Positions 1 to 8,252 of a stretch of 64,000 nt of DNA are shown here, in pieces. The translations under genes and the position numbers were made by a program. Under the pieces are notes generated by a model. That model was not told the DNA's origin. It made no database searches and saw only the letters and a program-made list of their open reading frames with translations. The DNA lies in assembly GCA_041650895.1 (NCBI GenBank), contig JBAZKF010000001.1, positions 17,685-81,684 of the forward strand, written 5' to 3'. The first letter of the stretch is position 1. Each line of letters opens with the position of its first letter. Origin of the DNA: Patescibacteria group bacterium (GTDB lineage Bacteria; Patescibacteriota; Patescibacteriia; 2-01-FULL-39-33).

Positions 1-18
1 GTAGAGTTAGATAAGTAT

Positions 19-270
19 ATGACCGGATCCAACGTAACTCTGCCCGATGGTTCATTGGTCAAAATAGACCCCAAGGCATTGAAAGTCAAAACTAAAGAAG
101 CTCTGGCCGCTGCCAGTACGGTTTATGTTATTTCGCACGGTAAACGTTTGCCTATTATTTCCGGCGCAGTATTCAAACAGATGGGCTACAACAGTAAGAG
201 TATTAAGGTTGTTTCCGAAGCGACTCTCAATACTCATGATTTAGGTCCTCTCATCACCGGACAACAGTAA
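19..270 (+). CDS. hypothetical protein; ORF is open back to window start, so it may be the 3' part of a longer gene
   Basis: 83-aa ORF; no stop between base 1 and the first ATG in this frame; no recognisable motif. Confidence 0.3.
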   Translation: MTGSNVTLPDGSLVKIDPKALKVKTKEALAAASTVYVISHGKRLPIISGAVFKQMGYNSKSIKVVSEATLNTHDLGPLITGQQ

Positions 271-280
271 TTACAAACAT

Positions 281-1072
281 ATGTCACTCATATTTGCAGC
301 TATTACGCCGCATCCGCCGATTTTGATACCGGCTATTGGCAAAGACAACATCAAACAGATTGATAAAACCAAATTGGCCATGGAAAAATTGGAGGAAGAA
401 TTGTATTCGGCCAAACCGGACATTATCATGATTATTTCACCTCATGGCGAAATGAGCGCGGATTCTTTTACGGTGAATTTAAGCGACAGTTATGAGGTTA
501 ATTTTGAGTCGTTCGGCGATTTTACCACTAAACTTAAATTGAAGGGGGAAACCGTCTTGATGACTATGGGTAAAGAAAAGATTGCCGCTAAATCACCATT
601 AAATATCATTTCTGAGTCAATACTTGATCATGGCGCCGGTGTTCCCCTATTTTATTTGATGCGTCACCTGCCGCAGGTGCCGATTATTCCGCTGTCGTTT
701 TCTATGTTAGATAATCAGGCTCATGTGGAGTTTGGCAAGAGTTTGAAAGAGCTTATTTTGAGCACCGATAAGCGCGTGGCCGTTATTGCTTCCGGCGATT
801 TATCGCACTGTTTGACTAAGAATGCCCCCGTCCCCTATAATCCGGCCGGTAAGGATTTCGATCAGACATTAATTGAGTTGGTTAAGAAATGCGATACACA
901 AGGCATAACCAATCTTGATCGTAAACTGGTTAATGACGCAGCCGAATGCGGTTTACGTTCCATCCTGATATTATCCGGTATCTTAAGCGATATGAAGTGT
1001 CAGCCCGAGGTCTTGAGCTATGAAGGGCCGTTCGGCGTCGGTTATCTGGTAGTAGAAATAAAATTGGATTAA
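281..1072 (+). CDS. MEMO1-family protein (AmmeMemoRadiSam system protein B-like, LigB/class III extradiol dioxygenase fold)
   Basis: 263 aa; N-terminal ITPHPPILIP and SGDLSHC His motifs typical of the Memo/LigB fold. Confidence 0.6.
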   Translation: MSLIFAAITPHPPILIPAIGKDNIKQIDKTKLAMEKLEEELYSAKPDIIMIISPHGEMSADSFTVNLSDSYEVNFESFGDFTTKLKLKGETVLMTMGKEKIAAKSPLNIISESILDHGAGVPLFYLMRHLPQVPIIPLSFSMLDNQAHVEFGKSLKELILSTDKRVAVIASGDLSHCLTKNAPVPYNPAGKDFDQTLIELVKKCDTQGITNLDRKLVNDAAECGLRSILILSGILSDMKCQPEVLSYEGPFGVGYLVVEIKLD

Positions 1073-1084
1073 AATTTTTATAAA

Positions 1085-1118
1085 ATCACTCCGGCGGAAT
1101 GCTCGGAGTGATTTTTTA
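1085..1118. terminator. bidirectional intrinsic terminator between convergent genes
   Basis: perfect 9-bp stem ATCACTCCG/CGGAGTGAT with an A-run before and a T-run after. Confidence 0.5.
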
Positions 1119-1123
1119 TTGTG

Positions 1124-1399
1124 TTATTTTTTTGCATTAGTCGGGTTATCTATTAGTTTGAAAAAATACCGCCATTTCGCTCCGCTTCGGCAAAGCTCCT
1201 TAGTTTCATTGAGTGCTCGTTCTACTGGTTCCTTGGGGTTGTCGCGGCAAACTTTAAAGACCGAGCTTTTTTTGAAAGCCGGTACGCCTAACTCTTGAAT
1301 GATTTGTAAAGCTAAGTCTTGCCATTGGTAAGCGGGAGCTTTCCTAATTTGTCTTTTTTGCAAGAGCAAGCCTATTTTCTGCGGTTGAGTTTTGAACAT
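1124..1399 (-). CDS. hypothetical small basic protein
   Basis: 91-aa ORF convergent with the upstream gene; no motif recognised. Confidence 0.4.
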   Translation of the reverse strand: MFKTQPQKIGLLLQKRQIRKAPAYQWQDLALQIIQELGVPAFKKSSVFKVCRDNPKEPVERALNETKELCRSGAKWRYFFKLIDNPTNAKK

Positions 1400-1448
1400 A
1401 TTATCATTTTATCAAGTAAGATTAAGTTAGTAAAGTTTGATTTTTTTC

Positions 1449-1476
1449 TTGAAACATGTTATAATTTTTTTATAAT
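1449..1476 (+). promoter_or_regulatory. sigma70-like promoter for def-fmt
   Basis: TTGAAA-N16-TATAAT lying 9 nt upstream of the def ATG (short or no leader). Confidence 0.4.
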
Positions 1477-1484
1477 TTAAAATA

Positions 1485-1946
1485 ATGTTAAAAATACTGA
1501 CCATACCCCATCCCCTACTAAGGAAAAAGGCTCTGACGATTAAAAACCCCTTAGATAAGGAAATACAGAAGCTTATTCCTCAGATGGTAGAAATTATGCT
1601 GGCTAAAGATGGAGTCGGCTTAGCCGCGCCCCAGATCGGCCAGGGCATCAGATTAATAACCGTCCGCCATAAGGATGGTAATTTAGTCATGCTTAATCCT
1701 CAAATTATCAAAAAGTCAATGATTAAAGAGTGGGACGAAGAGGGCTGTTTGTCGGTGCCTAATATTTATGGCGATGTCAGGCGTTGCAAAAAGATCACAG
1801 TCAAGTTTGTTGATAGTACCGGTAAATCAAGGAAGCTAACCGGCGAGGGGTTATTAGCCCGTGTTGTCCAACATGAGGTTGATCATTTAGACGGGGTGTT
1901 GTTTATTGATAAGGCTAAGAACTTAAGAAAATTGGAAACAGTATAA
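1485..1946 (+). CDS. def: peptide deformylase
   Basis: GVGLAAPQIG, EGCLS and HEVDHLDG metal-binding motifs. Confidence 0.9.
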   Translation: MLKILTIPHPLLRKKALTIKNPLDKEIQKLIPQMVEIMLAKDGVGLAAPQIGQGIRLITVRHKDGNLVMLNPQIIKKSMIKEWDEEGCLSVPNIYGDVRRCKKITVKFVDSTGKSRKLTGEGLLARVVQHEVDHLDGVLFIDKAKNLRKLETV

Positions 1947-1951
1947 ATAAA

Positions 1952-2896
1952 ATGAAACCACTTAAGATAATTTTCGTTGGTACGCCGGAATTCGCTGTTC
2001 CCTACTTGCGCGGCTTGTTGGCTGATGCCGATTTTGAGGTTATCGGTGTGATCACTCAGCCGGATCGTCCTAGTGGGCGCAAGCAAGAATTTACTTCTCC
2101 ACCGGTCAAGTTTTTGGCGGTGGAAAAAAAACTAAATATTTGGCAGCCGGAAAGATTAAGGGGTAATCAAGAATTATTGGAAGAAATTAAGAAAATAGAT
2201 TTTGATTATTTGGTAGTCACGGCTTACGGCTTGATTATTCCCGCAGAATTTTTGGCTTTGGCTAAGTCCGGCAATATTAATGTCCATCCGTCCCTATTGC
2301 CTAAATACCGGGGCGCTTCCCCTATTCAGAGTGCCATACTTAATGGCGAGACCGAGACCGGTGTGACTATTATGTTAATGGACGAGAAAATGGATCATGG
2401 AGCGATTTTAACGCAAAAAAGTATTATTTTAACTGGTGAAGAAACTAATGAGTCATTGCATTTTCAGTTAGCCGAGTTGGGCGTGCCCTTATTGGTTGAA
2501 ACCATTAAGGATTTTACCGCCGGAAAGATTAAGCCACAGAAGCAGGATCATGAGATGGCGACATTTTGCACTACAATCGATAAGGAACAGGCGCAGATTG
2601 ATTGGAATAAGACGGCTGAAGAAATAAAAAGGAAAATTTATGCTTTTTATCCTTGGCCGGTGGCGTGGACGACTTTAGGCGGTTTGCGACTTAAAATTTT
2701 TCCGCCGGTCGCGATTATTGCCAACGTTATGGGCAGTTCTGAGCCGGGGCAAATCAAAGTTGACGGCGGTTTGGCTGTTTGTTGTGGCGAGAGGTGGCTG
2801 GAATTAAAACAATTACAGTTGGCAGGTAAAAAGGCTATGTCTGCATCGGATTTTGTCAGGGGTTATGCCGGCTTGGCTGGCCAAGTATTGAAATAA
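1952..2896 (+). CDS. fmt: methionyl-tRNA formyltransferase
   Basis: KIIFVGTPEFAVP N-terminus, NVHPSLLPKYRGASPIQ formyltransferase core; 6 nt after def. Confidence 0.9.
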   Translation: MKPLKIIFVGTPEFAVPYLRGLLADADFEVIGVITQPDRPSGRKQEFTSPPVKFLAVEKKLNIWQPERLRGNQELLEEIKKIDFDYLVVTAYGLIIPAEFLALAKSGNINVHPSLLPKYRGASPIQSAILNGETETGVTIMLMDEKMDHGAILTQKSIILTGEETNESLHFQLAELGVPLLVETIKDFTAGKIKPQKQDHEMATFCTTIDKEQAQIDWNKTAEEIKRKIYAFYPWPVAWTTLGGLRLKIFPPVAIIANVMGSSEPGQIKVDGGLAVCCGERWLELKQLQLAGKKAMSASDFVRGYAGLAGQVLK

Positions 2897-2919
2897 ATAT
2901 TGAAATAAAGTGGTAAAAT

Positions 2920-4230
2920 TTAGGAACGTCCTTGCGGGCGTTTTTTTGTTTGTCTGGTTATTAAATAAATACACAGTAAAGCGGTTAAATCCATGAATAA
3001 TTCTTCCCGTTGGAAGTAGTTGGTATAAATGGACATAATACAGACGAAAGAAAAATAGGCGAATAACATGGTGGTCAGCGGATTAGGCCGGCGCCAGGCA
3101 AAAGCGTAAATCACTCCCAATAGCACGCCCCAGCCCAGTCCGGCTAAAGCAATCCCCCACCAACCGAAGTCCAGAAAGTATGCAAACAAGAAAGTAGCAG
3201 TAATCCACCAGGGTAAAAATATTGCCGGCCAATCAATGGGCGCGGAAAATTGTGGCCAGTGAAAAATTTTTAAAGCTGAATTAAAAACCGCTAACTCGGT
3301 TCGGCCGAGATAATATTGTCCCGCATAGAGTTCCATTCCCCTGTCCAGCGCCTGCAGATTGAAAGACGGGATTAAATAGATCGGCGTTAAGAATTGCAAG
3401 TAAGGCGGTAAGCTGACTTGGGAAATGGTTGTCAGATAAGAAAAAGGATTATACTCTCCGGTATAGTTGTAATCGCGATAAGTGATGAATTGCCGAAAAG
3501 CCGGAATGGCAATGGAAACGCTTAAGATTACTACTCCAGCTAAAACAGTGCTAACTAAGAATTTTTTGAATTTAATGGTCTCCAGGTTAATAATAAGATA
3601 ACCGAAATAGCACAAGAGTACAGTAATTACGATGATTAGGCGGGAGGCATACAAGGATAAGGTGATGAAACCGATAATAATCGTCAGCCAATAAAAAATT
3701 TTCTTTCCGCGAGTCAGACGTTGTTTGTCTAAGATTAATTCCAAGAAAGACAGCGGAATAAATAAACGGGGTAAAAGAGATAGCCACTCAAAAACACCGA
3801 AGATTTCTTTGTTAATGATAAAGCGCATTTTGTCGGGAATGGAAGATAGGATGGGCAGAGTGCCGAAGCGGCTGAAGATGTAAATATTAGCCGCAATACT
3901 GGCCAAAACCATCAGGCCGATTACCCAAGTTATTAGGCGATTATCCATTCGTGGTCTTTTTTCTGTAGTCGCCAGCTTTTTGGCAGTTAAATGCTTGGCT
4001 AAATAATATGCCGCAATAAAGAGCGGGAAAAACAGGCTTAATGCCAGCCATAAGCGCCAGGTCAAAGGCCGCTCCAGCGGACTTAAATGCAACTGGCTGA
4101 CGGCCAGAGCGGCAGACCAGAGAGATAATAAAAGTTTGGCCGGAGAGAATCTTTCCCGGCCAAAAAAATAAAACCAGCCGAAGATAATTGCGGCTAGAAT
4201 AAAAATAAAAAATAGAAACCAAGACAGCAT
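2920..4230 (-). CDS. polytopic membrane protein, possibly O-antigen ligase/polymerase-like
   Basis: 436 aa with many predicted TM helices; directly downstream of a GT2 gene. Confidence 0.45.
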   Translation of the reverse strand: MLSWFLFFIFILAAIIFGWFYFFGRERFSPAKLLLSLWSAALAVSQLHLSPLERPLTWRLWLALSLFFPLFIAAYYLAKHLTAKKLATTEKRPRMDNRLITWVIGLMVLASIAANIYIFSRFGTLPILSSIPDKMRFIINKEIFGVFEWLSLLPRLFIPLSFLELILDKQRLTRGKKIFYWLTIIIGFITLSLYASRLIIVITVLLCYFGYLIINLETIKFKKFLVSTVLAGVVILSVSIAIPAFRQFITYRDYNYTGEYNPFSYLTTISQVSLPPYLQFLTPIYLIPSFNLQALDRGMELYAGQYYLGRTELAVFNSALKIFHWPQFSAPIDWPAIFLPWWITATFLFAYFLDFGWWGIALAGLGWGVLLGVIYAFAWRRPNPLTTMLFAYFSFVCIMSIYTNYFQREELFMDLTALLCIYLITRQTKKRPQGRS

Positions 4231-4239
4231 AAAAAATAA

Positions 4240-5019
4240 TTAGCTCAAGCTGTTTTTTATAAAATATAGCAAGGCTGACTTAAAGAAACGCCATTGATTA
4301 GTTACGACTTTTTGTTGCCCAAAGCTTTTTCCGCCGTAGTGGACGATTTTTGTTTCCGGCGTATAGATTATTTTGTAACCGGCTCGGCTGACGCGTCGGC
4401 AGAAGTCAACCTCCTCAAACCAGACAAAAAATCTTTCATCCAATAACCCGACTTTATCCAGAACTATGCGCGGAATGAGCATAAAAGCGCCCATCACCTG
4501 TTCTACTGCTTGTTCTTTCGTGTAATCGAAATCTTCAGCCAAGTAATGGCCGATTGATTTTAAATGAGGGAAGAGCTTAGGCAGTTTTAGGAGCATAAGG
4601 ATTACCGGCCAAAGAGTCGGCAAACGCCTGACTGAGGGTTGTAAACGGCCATCGGGATAAACCATTTGCACACCCAGAACTCCGCAGGTTGAATGACGTT
4701 TAGCGGCCGCCAATGATTTGCTTAAGGTGTCGGGAAATATTTCGGTGTCAGGATTAAGCAATAGAACATACTCCCCCGCCGCTTGCTTAATGGCCAGATT
4801 GTTGGCCCTAGCAAAGCCAAGATTCCTGTCACTGGCGATTAAGTGTGATTGGGGGAATCTTTTATTAACCATTTCCGTCGTGCCATCGCTGGAAGCGTTG
4901 TCCACGACAAAAACTTCCACAGTCAAGTCGCCTTGATTCCGGTAAATTGAGTCAAGGCATTTCTCCAATAGGTCTTTAACTTTATAGGAGACAATGATGA
5001 TGGAGAGTTGCGGTTTCAT
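4240..5019 (-). CDS. family 2 glycosyltransferase (alternative TTG start at 5061)
   Basis: MKPQLSIIIVSYK...VVDNASSDGT GT-A fold motifs; ATG at 5019 preceded by TGGTATAAT. Confidence 0.75.
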   Translation of the reverse strand: MKPQLSIIIVSYKVKDLLEKCLDSIYRNQGDLTVEVFVVDNASSDGTTEMVNKRFPQSHLIASDRNLGFARANNLAIKQAAGEYVLLLNPDTEIFPDTLSKSLAAAKRHSTCGVLGVQMVYPDGRLQPSVRRLPTLWPVILMLLKLPKLFPHLKSIGHYLAEDFDYTKEQAVEQVMGAFMLIPRIVLDKVGLLDERFFVWFEEVDFCRRVSRAGYKIIYTPETKIVHYGGKSFGQQKVVTNQWRFFKSALLYFIKNSLS

Positions 5020-5100
5020 AACTGTTACAATTATACCATGCTCTGGCGTCAGAGCAAACAAAACGCCGCCCTCTTTGCGGGAGAGCGGCGGCGGAAAAAA

Positions 5101-5406
5101 TTAAATTTTTTCAATTATGATCTCGGTGAAACACTGGCGATGGCCGAATTTCTTGCGGTATCTTGTTTTTCTTTTGTATTTAATGCCGGTAACCTTGTCG
5201 GCGCGTCCTTGGCCGATTATTTTGGCCAGGACTTTGCCAGCCAAAGTCGGTTCGCCCATCTCAACTTTTTCGCCATCGGCGACAAGCAGAGTTTCCAGTT
5301 CAATTTTGGAGCCGTCGGCGTCAACCAACTTTTCCACTTTAATCTTATCGTTTTCTTTAACCAGGTATTGTTTCCCACCGGTCTTGATAACAGCGATTTT
5401 TGCCAT
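5101..5406 (-). CDS. rplU: 50S ribosomal protein L21
   Basis: MAKIAVIKTGGKQYLVKENDKIKVEKL matches the L21 family. Confidence 0.9.
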   Translation of the reverse strand: MAKIAVIKTGGKQYLVKENDKIKVEKLVDADGSKIELETLLVADGEKVEMGEPTLAGKVLAKIIGQGRADKVTGIKYKRKTRYRKKFGHRQCFTEIIIEKI

Positions 5407-5482
5407 ATTTGTTTGTTTTGGTATTTACTTAACTATTTTAGCTCAATTGGCGTCTTTTGTCAAGGCGGTTATTCAGGGGTAT

Positions 5483-5523
5483 AAAAAAAACTCTTTCCGG
5501 CTTAATTGAGCCAAAAAGAGTTT
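5483..5523 (-). terminator. intrinsic terminator after the radical SAM operon
   Basis: AAACTCTTT...AAAGAGTTT stem with a nested GGCT/AGCC hairpin, followed on the minus strand by an 8-T run. Confidence 0.45.
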
Positions 5524-5533
5524 GCCTAATGTC

Positions 5534-6724
5534 CTAAATCACTTTTAATTTTACATCTGATCGTACCGTATCTTTATAGAGTACGCCATATTTGCCCCAC
5601 AAGTATTCATCAATAATCCTACAGGATTCCAGGTAGTGGCTATCCCACTCTCTAATTTTTTTAGCGCTGAATTCTTTCGGATCCTTGCCCTCCCTTAAGG
5701 CCTTGGCCTTGAGTCGGGCGACAGTCGGTCCGTAGGACTTTATCGGGCCAATATGGACGCGCAAAGCGAAGTTATCAATGTGTTTTTCAATCATTTCCAG
5801 CCAACCTTTTAAGGTGGCCGGATTTGGGTTATACATCTGCGGATAAATATCCAACCCCGCTTCAACTAGCGTGCGCAGGCAGAAGACTTGATCGGAAATG
5901 GTGGCATTGGCTTGGACGTTATCATGAAGATTGGCGTTGTCGGTGCCCTTAATGGCAGCCAAAACTTTAACCGGAAAAACTGCCAGGTGGCGGTAATAAT
6001 CAATCGGCCATAAATGGGGTGTGGAAAGATTGGTGTCCACTTGCCCGACAATATCTTCTCCTCGTTCTTCAATTCGGCGCCAGAGTTTAATGATCCAATC
6101 CAGCGCTACAGTCGGCTCACCGCCGGAAACGCGCAGGACCTTAATATTCAAATCAATTCCGGTTTGTTCCCTATAGATTTCCCGTACTTTGTCTCTGGCT
6201 ATTAGAAAGCTGTCAATAACATCGTCAGCATCAACCAGCCATTTCTTTCTGGTTTCCTGTAGGCCGTCATTGAGTTCATTATCCACGAAGCAGTATAAAC
6301 ATCCGCCGTCACAGGTTCCGGAATGGAAATTACAGCCGGCCACTTGCAGAATGAATGGCGCGTTATAATCCAGGGCGCGGGACAGCTCATAACCGGCTAC
6401 ATGTTTATACCATAGGGCAAAATCAAATTCCTGACGTTTGAGGTATTCCTCGACTTCACCTGGTGACATTCTACTGAGATCAACAAAATTCTTGCCGTAA
6501 GCTTTAGCCGCCAAGGGATCAACATCTTTGGCATTGAATTTAAAACGAAAAACCTTTCGCCCGTCTTTGTTAGGCATTAATTCTATAACCTTGCTGGTGT
6601 CTTTGCCCTGCAAGGTAGCGGAAAAATCAGCCACTAACAGCCGGCCGCCAGGCGTGATTAGTGTCTGGCGTAAGGCTTGAGCACGGTCTAAAGGACTTTG
6701 GACATACGATGGATTTTTAGGCAT
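5534..6724 (-). CDS. radical SAM enzyme of unknown function (AdoMet radical core with ~130-aa N-terminal extension)
   Basis: CDGGCLYC (CxxxCxxC) preceded by GCN, glycine-rich VSGGEPT SAM motif; AAGGAG Shine-Dalgarno; start overlaps the upstream ORF by 8 nt. Confidence 0.75.
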   Translation of the reverse strand: MPKNPSYVQSPLDRAQALRQTLITPGGRLLVADFSATLQGKDTSKVIELMPNKDGRKVFRFKFNAKDVDPLAAKAYGKNFVDLSRMSPGEVEEYLKRQEFDFALWYKHVAGYELSRALDYNAPFILQVAGCNFHSGTCDGGCLYCFVDNELNDGLQETRKKWLVDADDVIDSFLIARDKVREIYREQTGIDLNIKVLRVSGGEPTVALDWIIKLWRRIEERGEDIVGQVDTNLSTPHLWPIDYYRHLAVFPVKVLAAIKGTDNANLHDNVQANATISDQVFCLRTLVEAGLDIYPQMYNPNPATLKGWLEMIEKHIDNFALRVHIGPIKSYGPTVARLKAKALREGKDPKEFSAKKIREWDSHYLESCRIIDEYLWGKYGVLYKDTVRSDVKLKVI

Positions 6725-7181
6725 AATGCTTTTCTCCTTTCTTCAGCAGTTTTACGAGTTCATTGGTTAGTGCCTGTATTTTTTGGCATTTTTCCGGTGT
6801 TAGCGTTTCTAGAACCTGTTGTCCTTGATAATGCAATTTTTTTAAGAAAATGTATTCCGACTTGTTCTGCGTGTTAATTTCAGTAATTAAATCGGCCATT
6901 TCCATACACCATAAAGCAGTCCCTATTGAATCCTCGTACCAATCGCCATTGCATCCCGAGTAGTGGTAGAACCGGCAATTTTGGAAAAAATCAGCAAAGC
7001 GTTTCTGACTGCTTAATTCTTTCAGTACATTGCATATCCTGCCTATACGACTGTCAATTATTGCCTCGCAATCGCTCAGGCGGCTGATTAGTTTTGGTCC
7101 GGATAAATGGAAAACCACGATCAGTAGATCCAGTATGTCAAGTTTTTTAGCCGGTGTCTTGTTGCGCGTTTTTGTTGGCAT
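6717..7181 (-). CDS. Cys-rich hypothetical protein translationally coupled to the radical SAM gene
   Basis: 154 aa with 8 Cys (e.g. YHYSGCNGDW, WCMEM); stop overlaps the radical SAM start. Confidence 0.5.
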   Translation of the reverse strand: MPTKTRNKTPAKKLDILDLLIVVFHLSGPKLISRLSDCEAIIDSRIGRICNVLKELSSQKRFADFFQNCRFYHYSGCNGDWYEDSIGTALWCMEMADLITEINTQNKSEYIFLKKLHYQGQQVLETLTPEKCQKIQALTNELVKLLKKGEKHYA

Positions 7182-7273
7182 ATCTGTTGCCTCCCTCGGT
7201 TGTCGCTGGTTTATTAAGTTTTAATGTTCGGTTGAGTTATCTTACTATATTGAGGCCAAATGTCAAATAAATT

Positions 7274-7304
7274 AAAAATATCCCCGCAGATCATGTCTGC
7301 GAGG
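7274..7304 (-). terminator. intrinsic terminator after secF
   Basis: CGCAGA-TCATG-TCTGCG hairpin with flanking A/T runs. Confidence 0.4.
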
Positions 7305-7319
7305 ATGTTATTATGTCGA

Positions 7320-8225
7320 TTATTTTTTTAATTTTTTGTCCCAGATATTCCAGTCTACCAATAGACAGGAAGCAATAAAGATTGAGGAGTAAGTGCCGAT
7401 AAGAATACCAACCAGAAGCGCCAGAGTAAAGTTTTTGGTGCTGGCTCCGCCGAACAGGTAGAGGCAGAATAAAACCAATAATACTGTTAAGGAAGTGTTA
7501 ATGGAACGCGTTACGGTTTGGTTGATTGAATCATTAACTACCTCATCAAATTTTCCGGTATAAAATCTGCCTAAATTTTCTCTGGTGCGGTCAAACACCA
7601 CAATAGTATCATGAACGGAAAAACCCATAATAGTCAGTAGCGCGGTAATAAACAGGCCATCAACTTCTATGCCGACAAAATGTCCCAGGACGGCAAATAA
7701 ACCGACGACAATGGTAATATCATGAATCAAAGCTAAAATCGCCGTGATGCCGTATTTCCAGGACTCTACCGGTTTGGACACCTTACGAAAAGCGAAAGCA
7801 ATGTAAAGGATAATACATAAAGAAGCCACGGCGATGGCCATCCAGGCTTTTTTTTGCAGTTCTTGCCCGATTACCGGGCCGATTGATTCAAATCTTAATT
7901 CTTGGGTTTGGCCGGGGAACTTTTCGTCAATTGACTGCAAAACTTGCTGATGTTGATCTTCATTAACATTTTGAAATTTCAAGATGACATTTTTGTCTCC
8001 TGACGGTTGAATGATTACTTCGCCCAAGTCAAGATGATTAGTCGCTTCTTGGATTTCCGCATTTTGCGGCCGGTTGTCGGCAAAAGATAATTCTAAGAGC
8101 GAGCCGCCGGTAAAGTCTAGACCTGGTTTCAATCCCCAGGCGATGATGGCTAAAACGGAAGCGACAAATAAAACGCCTGATGCCAAGTAGTAATATTTTC
8201 GATTCTTGATGATTTGTAGTTTCAT
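7320..8225 (-). CDS. secF: protein translocase subunit SecF
   Basis: 301 aa, 6-TM SecF topology; directly downstream of secD. Confidence 0.85.
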   Translation of the reverse strand: MKLQIIKNRKYYYLASGVLFVASVLAIIAWGLKPGLDFTGGSLLELSFADNRPQNAEIQEATNHLDLGEVIIQPSGDKNVILKFQNVNEDQHQQVLQSIDEKFPGQTQELRFESIGPVIGQELQKKAWMAIAVASLCIILYIAFAFRKVSKPVESWKYGITAILALIHDITIVVGLFAVLGHFVGIEVDGLFITALLTIMGFSVHDTIVVFDRTRENLGRFYTGKFDEVVNDSINQTVTRSINTSLTVLLVLFCLYLFGGASTKNFTLALLVGILIGTYSSIFIASCLLVDWNIWDKKLKK

Positions 8226-8252
8226 ATGTTCTTTGTAAATGAGAATCGTTGA

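Noticed and set aside
281-6724. AmmeMemoRadiSam three-gene system (Memo-like at 281 plus radical SAM at 5534)
   Set aside because: The two genes are 4.5 kb apart with def, fmt, glycosyltransferase and rplU between them. No AMMECR1-like gene (LRGCIG motif) is present, and the radical SAM motif context does not look PflA-like.
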